A DNA stretch of 59,822 nt, filler included. It is 4 parts of 4 records of this genome, joined end to end, with 100 filler letters (N's around TTAATTAATTAA, not from the genome) between each part and the next. Parts side by side here need not be neighbours in the genome. Positions count along the whole stretch, not along the records: positions 13,130 to 34,582 come from SRR22947727_2290; positions 34,683 to 42,140 come from SRR22947727_2304; 2 more parts are not named here. The stretch is one strand, 5' to 3'. The position numbers and the translations under genes were made by a program. Below are positions 27,202 to 36,446 of this stretch, one piece after another; positions within the stretch are counted from its first letter, which is position 1; every line of letters starts with the position of its first letter. A model generated the notes under the pieces. The model made no database searches and was not told where the DNA came from. It saw nothing but the letters and a program-made list of their open reading frames with translations.

Positions 27202-27666
27202 ATCAAGATTAATCAGAGTTAAAATATTTTCTTTATATTCAAAGAAATCACTATTGTAAGGAATAATAATTTCTGAATCTTTTTTCAAAGTTAGATATAT
27301 TAATTCTTCAGCATAAAAATAATTTTGTACATAAAATTCAGTATTAACTTGTGAACCTACAAAAAAACCTGGCCAAGGAAGATTGTTAGAAATGAAATTA
27401 TTTATTTCACTTAAAGAGATAAGAACATCTTGATCTCTAAAGTTAACTATTTCATTAATTGAATCAAGATCTTTAAACTTTACTAGATACCGATTTTTCA
27501 AATGGGTTTTAAAATCTTCTATTTTATATTCTTCATCATTGATAAATACATCTAACCCGGATAAGTTAAATTTTCTAAAGTATACGTCATGATTAAGATA
27601 AATGTATCCATTAAGTGCGTGAGGCTTACCAAGTACTCCTAGAGGAAAAAGGGTTTTTTTAGTCAA
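27190..27666 (-). CDS. rimM: Ribosome maturation factor RimM (divergent)
   Basis: LGVLGKPHALNG N-terminal motif; position after rpsP-khpA. Confidence 0.75.
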   Translation of the reverse strand: MTKKTLFPLGVLGKPHALNGYIYLNHDVYFRKFNLSGLDVFINDEEYKIEDFKTHLKNRYLVKFKDLDSINEIVNFRDQDVLISLSEINNFISNNLPWPGFFVGSQVNTEFYVQNYFYAEELIYLTLKKDSEIIIPYNSDFFEYKENILTLINLDLVQ

Positions 27667-27913
27667 TAAATTCGACTGATGAATCTAGACCCTCTTCATC
27701 AGCAGCAGCTTGCGCAACTGTTCTTATTGCTCGTGCTACACGGCCTCTTTTACCTATGACTCTACCCATATCGTTTGAGGAAGTTCTAACTTCAATTGCA
27801 ACTTTGTCATCTGTTGAAGATGCTACTTCTACTTTTACTTCATCCTCATTTTCAACGATTTGAGTAACGATATATTCAACAACATTTTTAACTATATTTC
27901 CTGATTCAGACAT
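27659..27913 (-). CDS. khpA: KH-domain RNA-binding protein KhpA
   Basis: DMGRVIGKRGRVARAIRT; located between rpsP and rimM. Confidence 0.9.
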   Translation of the reverse strand: MSESGNIVKNVVEYIVTQIVENEDEVKVEVASSTDDKVAIEVRTSSNDMGRVIGKRGRVARAIRTVAQAAADEEGLDSSVEFID

Positions 27914-28311
27914 TATTCTTCTTCACTTCCCTCTGCGCTATCCGAAGCTTCCGTTTCGGCTTGTTCCGAAGCTTCATTTTTCTTGTTATTTGCTTTTGAG
28001 CTACTTTTAATTTTTGGCTGCGGAGCATTTGGGATTGAAACTACTTCACCTTTAGTTGATCTCCATTGAGCCCATGCTCCTGATATTTCAAGTAATTTCT
28101 TAGCTCGTTCTGATGGTTGCGCACCTTTGTCTAACCACGAAACTGCTTTTTCGACATTGATTTCAACTGTAGAAGGATTGTCATGTGGATTATAAAAACC
28201 TAAATCTTCAATAAATTTACCATCACGAGGTGAGCGAGCATCAGCTACTACAACTCTGTAGGTACGAGTTTTCTTCTTACCTCTTTGAGCGAGCCTAATT
28301 TTTACTGCCAT
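27913..28311 (-). CDS. rpsP: 30S ribosomal protein S16
   Basis: MAVKIRL, VVADARSPRDG, GAQPSE, actinobacterial-type C-terminal tail. Confidence 0.97.
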   Translation of the reverse strand: MAVKIRLAQRGKKKTRTYRVVVADARSPRDGKFIEDLGFYNPHDNPSTVEINVEKAVSWLDKGAQPSERAKKLLEISGAWAQWRSTKGEVVSIPNAPQPKIKSSSKANNKKNEASEQAETEASDSAEGSEEE

Positions 28312-28439
28312 AATGTATTTCCTTATTAATTACGAAATTCTATATTACTTTAACTGCATCTTAAACAGTCAGATTTAATAATATATCTTTAAAATAATAA
28401 AGGTAGAAATCATTTTAAAAATTAACTACTCTATCTTTA

Positions 28440-29060
28440 ATGGAAATTATTGAATTAGAACATCCACTTTCTCAACATTATCTTACGATTTTAAGAGATA
28501 AGAATACGACTTTTGAAACTTTTAGACTTGCTGCATCAAAGTTATCCTATCTTTTAATCATTGAGGCAACTAAAGAATTACAACTTGACGATAAAGAGGT
28601 AGAGACACCATTAATACCTACCAGTGGTAAAGAATTATCATCTAATACAGTTGCAGTTTCTGTATTAAGAGCTGGTCTTGGTTTAATTGATGGGCCTAAA
28701 GATTTAATCCCAAATATGACATTCGGGTACATTGGCGTTCAACGCAATGAAGAAACTGCAGAACCTGAAAATTATTATGAAAACTTACCAGAGGTAAAAG
28801 ATAAGGATATTTTCATCCTTGAACCGATGCTAGCTACTGGAGGGTCGTTGTCATATGCTATTGATACAGTTAAAAAATATAACCCTAGAAAAATTTATGC
28901 ATTAACTGTTATTTCGTCACCTGAAGGAATAAAATACATTTCTGATAAACACCCTGACATAACTTTGTTAACAGGATCGATAGATGAAAAATTAAATGAA
29001 AATTTTTACATTGTCCCTGGTCTCGGTGATATGGGAGATCGACTTTTTGGAACGGTTTAA
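28440..29060 (+). CDS. upp: Uracil phosphoribosyltransferase
   Basis: VLRAGLG, EPMLATGGS, IVPGLGDMGDRLFGT. Confidence 0.96.
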   Translation: MEIIELEHPLSQHYLTILRDKNTTFETFRLAASKLSYLLIIEATKELQLDDKEVETPLIPTSGKELSSNTVAVSVLRAGLGLIDGPKDLIPNMTFGYIGVQRNEETAEPENYYENLPEVKDKDIFILEPMLATGGSLSYAIDTVKKYNPRKIYALTVISSPEGIKYISDKHPDITLLTGSIDEKLNENFYIVPGLGDMGDRLFGTV

Positions 29061-29065
29061 CAACC

Positions 29066-30238
29066 ATGACAAAGAAAAAATGTGTTTTATTAGTTATTGA
29101 TTCCCTTGGTGTAGGTGCAGCTCCTGATGCAAAAGAATACGGAGATGAAAATGCAAACACTTTTAGAAATGTATCCAAATCAGTTGGCCCGTTACAACTT
29201 CCTACATTTGACAAACTAGGATTTGGACAAATGACAGATATAGCTGGAGTTCCTTCAATCAATTTTTCAAGTGTTGTAGGAAGACTTGCAGAAAAGTCAT
29301 TAGGAAACGATTCAACAACAGGCCACTGGGAAATTGCAGGACTTGTGACCAATGAAGCTTTTAAAGTCTTTCCAGATGGATTCCCTGAAGAACTAATTTC
29401 AGAAGTTGAAAGTAAATCAGGGCATACTTTTATAGGTAACTGTCATGCATCTGGAACTGAAATAATAAACGACCTTGGTAACGAACATCTTGAAACTGGT
29501 GCTCTAATTCTTTACACCTCAGGAGATTCAGTATTTCAAATAGCTGCTCACGAAAGTATTCTGAACATATCCGAACTATATAATGTCTCAGAAATAGCAA
29601 GAGAAGTTTGTGATAAATTCAACATTGGCAGAGTAATTGCAAGACCTTTTAAGGGTAAACAAAATGAATTTGTAAGGACTTACGATCGAAAAGATTTTGG
29701 AATCACTCCCCCTGGAAATACTATATTGCAACATCTCAGTGAAAGCGGTTACAAAAATTTTGGTGTTGGAAAAATAAGTGATTTATTTGGTGATGAATTT
29801 CTAACTGATTCTATACATACCGAGGGTGATACTGATGGTTTAAACAAATTAATTGGTTTATTAAAAAAGCCTGAATATGACTTTTATTTTGTTAACCTAG
29901 TTGATTTAGATATGGTCTACGGACACAGGGAAGACCCACAAGGATATTATGAAGGACTTAAAATTATTGATTCTGGACTTCAAAAGATTCTAGAAGAACT
30001 AAACGATGATGATTTGTTTTTAATAACTGGTGATCATGGAACAGATCCAACAGATGGAAAAACTGACCACTCAAGAGAATACGTACCGATCGTAGCATAC
30101 AAAAATAAAATCGAAAGTAAGGTAATTGGTGACAGATCTTCATTTGCAGATATTGCTTCAACAGTTTGTGATTTTTTTGAAATCCAAGATATTTTTGATG
30201 ATGGAAGTTCTTTCTATAAAGCAATCAATAATAAATAA
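29066..30238 (+). CDS. deoB: Phosphopentomutase
   Basis: DSLGVG, DSTTGHWEIAG, FQIAAHE, GRVIARPF, GDHGTDPT...HSREYVP. Confidence 0.94.
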   Translation: MTKKKCVLLVIDSLGVGAAPDAKEYGDENANTFRNVSKSVGPLQLPTFDKLGFGQMTDIAGVPSINFSSVVGRLAEKSLGNDSTTGHWEIAGLVTNEAFKVFPDGFPEELISEVESKSGHTFIGNCHASGTEIINDLGNEHLETGALILYTSGDSVFQIAAHESILNISELYNVSEIAREVCDKFNIGRVIARPFKGKQNEFVRTYDRKDFGITPPGNTILQHLSESGYKNFGVGKISDLFGDEFLTDSIHTEGDTDGLNKLIGLLKKPEYDFYFVNLVDLDMVYGHREDPQGYYEGLKIIDSGLQKILEELNDDDLFLITGDHGTDPTDGKTDHSREYVPIVAYKNKIESKVIGDRSSFADIASTVCDFFEIQDIFDDGSSFYKAINNK

Positions 30239-30285
30239 GTAAATACATTTATCTAAATCAAAAACATTTATTAGAATATAAAAAT

Positions 30286-31035
30286 ATGAAAATTGCTGTA
30301 TGTGCGAAACAAATACCCGATCCCGCAATCTCTGTGACCTATACAGATGGAAAAATAGTTAGACCTGATGAGCAAGTTTTAGACGATACTGATAGGTACG
30401 GCATAGAAGTAGCACTTCAGCTTAAAGAGAAATACGATGCTGAAGTAACAGTAATTAGCATGGGTAAACTTGGAACTCAAAAAGGTATCCAGCAGGCACT
30501 TCAAATGGGCGCAGATAAAGCCCTCGTAATTGAAGATCCTGCACTTGAAAATTCTAATTCTTTAATGACTTCAAATATACTCAGTGGTATGGCAAAACTA
30601 GCTGAAGCTGATGTTGTCATATTTGGAACTGAATCTTCAGATGGTTATTCAGGTGTAGTTCCTCAACAAGTATCACGATATTTAGGACTTCCTTGTATTT
30701 CTTATGTTAAAGGTATAGATATAAGTGAAGAAACTGAATTAACTAGGCAAACAATTGCAGGTTCTGAAAAAGTTATAATGCCAAATAAATGTGTTATTTC
30801 AGTAACAGCAAGTGGTGTTGAACCTAGATATCCAAATTTCAAAGATATTATGGCAGCTAAATCAAAAGAAGTCGAGAGAGTTGAATTATCCTCTTTAGAG
30901 TTTACTGCAGAACAAAATCAAGAATTTGTTGAAATTAAATCAATATCTAGCAATAAAAGCGGTGAAAAGCACATTGATGAAGGTGACAGTTTTAATCTTA
31001 TTATTGAAAGATTGAAAGAAATTAAAGCTATATGA
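30286..31035 (+). CDS. etfB: Electron transfer flavoprotein beta subunit
   Basis: VCAKQIPD, ALQMGAD, SSDGYSG, EPRYP. Confidence 0.92.
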   Translation: MKIAVCAKQIPDPAISVTYTDGKIVRPDEQVLDDTDRYGIEVALQLKEKYDAEVTVISMGKLGTQKGIQQALQMGADKALVIEDPALENSNSLMTSNILSGMAKLAEADVVIFGTESSDGYSGVVPQQVSRYLGLPCISYVKGIDISEETELTRQTIAGSEKVIMPNKCVISVTASGVEPRYPNFKDIMAAKSKEVERVELSSLEFTAEQNQEFVEIKSISSNKSGEKHIDEGDSFNLIIERLKEIKAI

Positions 31036-31955
31036 AATCACTAATTATTGGAGAAGTCAGCAACGGAACCCTTTCCTCAGGTACATTGGAAATCATCACT
31101 AAAGCACAAGAAGATAATTTAGATTTTAAACTAGTTGTCATAGGTACAGAAAATAATCCTAAAATAGGTTCCGACACTTTTGAAGTAATTTATGTACAAC
31201 TTAACCCTGATGAATTATCTTTGTCTTCAGCAGCTGACACGCTTGTTGATGCTATAAAAACGGATTCGATCGAACTTGTTTTAGCATCTTCAACATATGT
31301 TGGACGGGATATCTCAGGCTTTTTATCAGTTGATTTAAATTCAAGTCCTGTAGCTAATGTAATTAATTTTGAAATAAACGGTTCTACCTTAACGACTACT
31401 AATTCAATAGATGGTGGAGAAAGTGAATATTTTACAAACGTAACTTCAGATGTAAAAATTCTTATTATAAGACCAAAATCGTTTGAAGCTAGTGATGTGA
31501 CATTAAGTGAAAACTACACTATAAGTTCAGTTGAAAAAAATGATCTAACAGTTAACGTTTTTGATGTATTTATAGAAGAAAAAACCGGTCCACAACTTGA
31601 AGACTCTAAAATTGTCATCTCAGCTGGAAGAGGTATGGTTGATGTAGGAAATCTAAAATATATAGAAGATCTTGCCGGTAAACTTAACGCAGCTATTGGC
31701 GGAACAAGAGCAATAGTAGATGCAGGATGGATGCCTTATTCTCAGCAAGTCGGCCAGACAGGTAAAACTGTTAAACCTGATGTTTATATTGCTTGTGGAA
31801 TCTCTGGTGCTACTCAACATCAAGTTGGAATGAAAGATTCAAAATATATTATTGCCATCAACAAAGATGAAGAAGCTCCTATCTTTCAGATTGCAGACCT
31901 TGGAATAGTTGGGGATACTCTAAATATTATTCCAAAACTTATTGAAAATCTTTAA
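31032..31955 (+). CDS. etfA: Electron transfer flavoprotein alpha subunit
   Basis: SAGRG, QVGQTGKTV.P..YIACGISGATQH, AINKDEEAPIF. Confidence 0.94.
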   Translation: MKSLIIGEVSNGTLSSGTLEIITKAQEDNLDFKLVVIGTENNPKIGSDTFEVIYVQLNPDELSLSSAADTLVDAIKTDSIELVLASSTYVGRDISGFLSVDLNSSPVANVINFEINGSTLTTTNSIDGGESEYFTNVTSDVKILIIRPKSFEASDVTLSENYTISSVEKNDLTVNVFDVFIEEKTGPQLEDSKIVISAGRGMVDVGNLKYIEDLAGKLNAAIGGTRAIVDAGWMPYSQQVGQTGKTVKPDVYIACGISGATQHQVGMKDSKYIIAINKDEEAPIFQIADLGIVGDTLNIIPKLIENL

Positions 31956-32353
31956 TCGCTAAATTTAATTTTATTATCAAATGGAAGAACATCTTCAAAT
32001 TTATATTTATTAGATTCACCTTTATGAACAACAATCACATTTTCTGTTCCGAACTCCGACATTCTTTGTCTTGAGACTCCACAAGGAAAAATAGGCTGTT
32101 CATCAGCATCTATACAAGCAACTGCAAGTGTATCAATTTTGACTTCACCTTCAGAAATTGCTTTGAATACAGCGACATCTTCCGCGCAGACGGTTGCAGG
32201 ATATGAAGCATTTTCTATATTACAGCCAGTATAAATATTTCCACTTTCAGTAATTAGTGCCGCACCAACTCTAAATTTTGAATATGGAGCATATGCTGTT
32301 TTAGCAACATCTTCAGCCATTTTAGCTAATTTGATATCAATTTCGTTCATCAT
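31952..32353 (-). CDS. cdd: Cytidine deaminase, homotetrameric type (third Zn Cys replaced by Ser)
   Basis: AYAPYSKFRVGAA, GCNIENASY, CAE, PCGVSRQ. Confidence 0.88.
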   Translation of the reverse strand: MMNEIDIKLAKMAEDVAKTAYAPYSKFRVGAALITESGNIYTGCNIENASYPATVCAEDVAVFKAISEGEVKIDTLAVACIDADEQPIFPCGVSRQRMSEFGTENVIVVHKGESNKYKFEDVLPFDNKIKFSD

Positions 32354-34580
32354 GATTTGCCTCTCCTGCTATCAAGTTTTCAAATTCTGATTTAGTTTTG
32401 ATGAATATCCTAGATCCTGATCCAGGCTCCATTGTTACACCATATAAAACATCTCCTGCATGCATAGTTTGCTGTTGATGAGTGACGATAATAAATTGCG
32501 CATCATCTTTGACATAATTAAGTAGATTTATCATTCTGTGAAGATTTGCATCGTCAAGAGCTGCTTCAACCTCGTCTAAAATGTAGAAAGGACTTGGAAA
32601 TGATTTGAAAATTGCAAAAAGGAATGCAATTGCTGCTAAAGATCTTTCACCACCAGATAAAAGACTGAGTTTTTTGACTTTTTTACCCTTAGGTTGGACG
32701 TTAATCTCAATTCCAGTTTCTAATAAATTATCTTTATCAGTTAGCTCTAATGAACCTTTTCCACCAGGGAATAATTGCTCAAAAATCTCTCCAAAATGAA
32801 CAGATATCGAATTAAATGATGAGTCAATTCTAAACTCTATCTCTGCTTCAATTTCTTTGATATGAAGTAATAATTCTTTCTTAGAAGAAGTTAAATCCTC
32901 AATTGAAGATGAAATTTCTTGGTGTCGTGTATCTAATTGCTCATAATCAGTTTTTGCTAGATAATTTACAACTCCGATATCTTCAAGTTTCTGTTCGATT
33001 AAAGTGATTTCTGTTTCAAGTTCTTTCTGGTTATGGTCTGAAGGGTTGAAGCTTTCAATAGTATCTATTTCGACGCCGTACAAATTAACCAACGTAGAGT
33101 AGTGATGAGCTTTTTCAGAAGAATATTGAGCTTTGTTAATTGAAAGATTTCCTTTTTCTTCATTAAGGGAAATATACTCCTTGTTATAGTTGTCTATCTT
33201 ATCGTCTAGCTCTGTTATTTTTGAATTTTTATTTCCATGTTTTTGCTCATAAACATCAGCTTGTAACAACATGGACTCTGCAGATTTATTTAATACTTCA
33301 ATAAGTTTTGTTGATTGAGAAATAATAGTTTCAAGTTCATTTTTGTAATCTGTATTTGGAGCGTAGTGAATCTCATCTATCGTGAGTTGCAATTCAGAAT
33401 TTTCATTGGTAAGAAACTTAATTTGTTCAGCTGCAGATACAAGTTGATTAGATCTTGAAGTTATTTCATCTTCTAGAGATTTAAGATTTGTACGTAGAAC
33501 TGTCTCTTGGTTTTTAAGTTCATCTTTGTAAGATGTATTATTTGAAATTATATTCTGTTGATCAATTTTAGAATTTAAAATTTCAAGATTTTTGTCATAT
33601 TCTGATCTCAGCATGTTCAAAGATTCTGTAGTTGCATCCAGTTCCCTATCAACGATTGTGTTTATATTTTTTCGTACCTTTGAAAATGAATTTCTAAGAG
33701 TAAGTTTTTTAGAAATTAATGAGGAGTGGTGTTCTAATGTGATGTCGGTTTCAGTTTTATCTTTCTGCCATTTCTCAAAAGCTTTCTCTGACAAAGAAAG
33801 GCTTTCCTCGAGTTTAAAGTTGATAGTTTTTAAATAGTCTAAGTCTTTTTCAAGGATGGCTTCATTTACTTCAAGTGACGCTGATTGGCTTTTATTATTC
33901 TCATTTATTTGTTTATTTAAAATTTCGAGATTTTGATTTAAATCAGTAAGAGTGTGTTTTTTAGATATTAGTTTATTAGAGAGGTCATTAATGGTAAGCG
34001 TATTTGTTAGTACTTTATTTTGAAGATCAGTTAATCGTTTTTCTTCTCTGATATTTTCTCTTTCTAAATTATCTAACCTCTCTGTTGCAATTTGTGCAAC
34101 AGATTTTACTTGCTCAGATTTTGTAGATAGTTTATTAGAGTAATCTTTGAAAAGTGAACTGACGGAGACCCCTTGACCTAACTCGGAGGTGAGGTTTGTT
34201 TTTAGCTTTTTCGCCTCTTCGGTAGAAGTTGAGATGTCTTCCATTTTTTTAGTTATTGCATCCACTTTATCGGTGATGTCTAATTCTTTATTGTTAAAAA
34301 TACTATATTTGAGCATATTGATATTGGTCTTATGATTTAGCAATGAAGCATTGAGTGTCTCATGCTCTTGAGCTTGTTCGGCCTGTAATTTTAAAGGTTT
34401 GAGTTGTTTGTTAATCTCTCGAAGAACATCCTTTGCTCTTTTAATTTCTTTGTCTCCTGATTCAATCCTTCTTAAAGCTTTGTCTTTTTTTAATTTAAAC
34501 GGGAGTATCCCTGCTGCTTCTTCAATTGTTATTCTGTGATCTTCTGGTTTTGAATTTAATATTTCAGCAATTTGACCCTG
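32337..34580 (-). CDS. smc: Chromosome segregation ATPase SMC (5'-truncated, short)
   Basis: Q-loop QGQI...EEAAG at the contig end, coiled coils, LLSGGER signature, ILDEVEAALDD Walker B/D-loop. Confidence 0.92.
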   Translation of the reverse strand, partial: QGQIAEILNSKPEDHRITIEEAAGILPFKLKKDKALRRIESGDKEIKRAKDVLREINKQLKPLKLQAEQAQEHETLNASLLNHKTNINMLKYSIFNNKELDITDKVDAITKKMEDISTSTEEAKKLKTNLTSELGQGVSVSSLFKDYSNKLSTKSEQVKSVAQIATERLDNLERENIREEKRLTDLQNKVLTNTLTINDLSNKLISKKHTLTDLNQNLEILNKQINENNKSQSASLEVNEAILEKDLDYLKTINFKLEESLSLSEKAFEKWQKDKTETDITLEHHSSLISKKLTLRNSFSKVRKNINTIVDRELDATTESLNMLRSEYDKNLEILNSKIDQQNIISNNTSYKDELKNQETVLRTNLKSLEDEITSRSNQLVSAAEQIKFLTNENSELQLTIDEIHYAPNTDYKNELETIISQSTKLIEVLNKSAESMLLQADVYEQKHGNKNSKITELDDKIDNYNKEYISLNEEKGNLSINKAQYSSEKAHHYSTLVNLYGVEIDTIESFNPSDHNQKELETEITLIEQKLEDIGVVNYLAKTDYEQLDTRHQEISSSIEDLTSSKKELLLHIKEIEAEIEFRIDSSFNSISVHFGEIFEQLFPGGKGSLELTDKDNLLETGIEINVQPKGKKVKKLSLLSGGERSLAAIAFLFAIFKSFPSPFYILDEVEAALDDANLHRMINLLNYVKDDAQFIIVTHQQQTMHAGDVLYGVTMEPGSGSRIFIKTKSEFENLIAGEANHDERN

Positions 34581-34582
34581 TG

Positions 34583-34682
34583 NNNNNNNNNNNNNNNNNN
34601 NNNNNNNNNNNNNNNNNNNNNNNNNNTTAATTAATTAANNNNNNNNNNNNNNNNNNNNNNNNNNNNNNNNNNNNNNNNNNNN
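34583..34682. other. Artificial contig-joining spacer
   Basis: N44-TTAATTAATTAA-N44. Confidence 0.97.
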
Positions 34683-34808
34683 ATAAATAAGCCAAATGAT
34701 AATAGAACTAAGCACCTTTCTTTTACGAAAAAAGGTACTATAGGTTTTGAAGAATTTGTATTAAATGAATTTAAGGTCTATAAAGATATAAATAATTACC
34801 AAGATTAA
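34683..34808 (+). CDS. 3' end of MarR-like winged-helix protein (partial)
   Basis: ...NDNRTKHLSFTKKG... matches the MarR wing motif D.R.K...T.KG. Confidence 0.4.
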   Translation: MNKPNDNRTKHLSFTKKGTIGFEEFVLNEFKVYKDINNYQD

Positions 34809-35021
34809 AATTTATAATCATCAACCTTAAAATTATTGAATTTTTTTTCATGTAGTGTCCATAATAATGATATTATTAGTCATAGAAAAAAGTGAATATT
34901 ATTTTAAATCAATATGTTGAAATAATTAATTAAACTGTCATAATTTCATTCTATTAAAAAATGTGTTGCTTTTATTCAAGTGTGATGCCATATAATTTAA
35001 CTAATTTTTAGAAAGATTTAA

Positions 35022-36311
35022 GTGAATAAAGACATAAATATATTAGATATTATTTTACCAATATGGAATGAAAGGTATTCTATTTTATTACACTTGACCT
35101 TATTTGTATTGATAAGCTTCTCACTTCTCTCACTTGCATCTTATTTATATAACGTAAATAAAAGTCAGTACTGGCTTCAAGATATATCTTTTAATGAAAA
35201 AATAGGAGTGAGTAATATTGCTAATTTTTTAAATGATGAGCGTATATCAAGAGCATACGAAACTGCTAACCTTGTCTATAAAAAAGATTCTGAATTAATT
35301 AGCGTTTCGTTATTAAAAGGTACTAGCAGATTTGATATTTTAAAAGATACAGTCTTGGCAGATGCAGAGGAGCTTTTAGTTAAAGTGATAAATGAAAAAG
35401 ATGAAGACATAATAGGATTTTGGAATAATTTTTTAAATCTGGAAACTTCTTACTATCAAATAGTTTTTAAAGATGATAATTTAACAGATCTTCAAGCAAG
35501 ATCAATAATTAGTGAGTTGATTAATGATTTCAATTATGATTATTCTATTAGTAATGCTATGAATTTTGATAAAATTGGCAATATAACATACGATAATAGT
35601 ATAGATTCTTATGTGTATCTTAATAATCGTTTATCCCTTGCAAAATCTATTCTCCAAGATAATAGCATTGAATTCAATAATATCAATTTCGACGCAAGTG
35701 AGACAATTTATCGGATTAATAAAATTCTTTTACAAATTTATAATGAAGATCCATCACCACTTGAAATTAACGTAGAAAAATTAACTTTTAAAATACAAAA
35801 AAGTAAAGAGTTGAAGCAAAAGTTAGAAGAGCTACATGAGAAATTCTACAGTAGTCCTGAACAATTAAGTACAGGGGAAAATCCAAGTCAGATAACTGTT
35901 GATGCTATCACACAATTAATTGATATAGGTAAAGAATTTTCTCAGTTAGACTATCAGGAAAGTATTATTGAAAGCGTATACGATATAGATCTGTCTATAA
36001 GATCTACTGAAGAAGATATTTTTGATATGCTTGCATTAAAAAAACAATACTTACAAGAAAAACATGTCGAACTAACGATAAACGAAATGATTAGTATTAC
36101 TAATGCAATTATTCAAGAAGTGAATAGCTATATAAATATAGTAGATAGTTATAATTCAGAATTGCCGTTATATTACGTAGGTAATACTTACTCTAAAATT
36201 GACAGTAAATTTAACATTAATGTTAATATTTTTGTCCTATTTGCAAGCATGCTTTATCTAGCAATTTATATACTCAATCTATTTTATCGAAGAAGTTCTT
36301 TAAACTCTTAA
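35022..36311 (+). CDS. Wzz/Wzc-like polysaccharide co-polymerase-type membrane protein
   Basis: INILDIILPIW N-terminus, two terminal TM helices flanking a coiled-coil domain. Confidence 0.5.
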   Translation: MNKDINILDIILPIWNERYSILLHLTLFVLISFSLLSLASYLYNVNKSQYWLQDISFNEKIGVSNIANFLNDERISRAYETANLVYKKDSELISVSLLKGTSRFDILKDTVLADAEELLVKVINEKDEDIIGFWNNFLNLETSYYQIVFKDDNLTDLQARSIISELINDFNYDYSISNAMNFDKIGNITYDNSIDSYVYLNNRLSLAKSILQDNSIEFNNINFDASETIYRINKILLQIYNEDPSPLEINVEKLTFKIQKSKELKQKLEELHEKFYSSPEQLSTGENPSQITVDAITQLIDIGKEFSQLDYQESIIESVYDIDLSIRSTEEDIFDMLALKKQYLQEKHVELTINEMISITNAIIQEVNSYINIVDSYNSELPLYYVGNTYSKIDSKFNINVNIFVLFASMLYLAIYILNLFYRRSSLNS

Positions 36312-36446
36312 ATATTCTTTTCCGCTCTAACAAGTAATTAATCTAAAAATATAGAACTTTTATTTAATAATTATAGTTAAATACAAATTTTCATATGTCT
36401 TTACAAATAAATTACAATTTTTAGACAATTTAAGTTTGAATTTTTT

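Noticed and set aside
34809-35021. tRNA/ncRNA in the AT-rich intergenic gaps (also 36312-36446)
   Set aside because: No cloverleaf, T-loop consensus or convincing stems seen.
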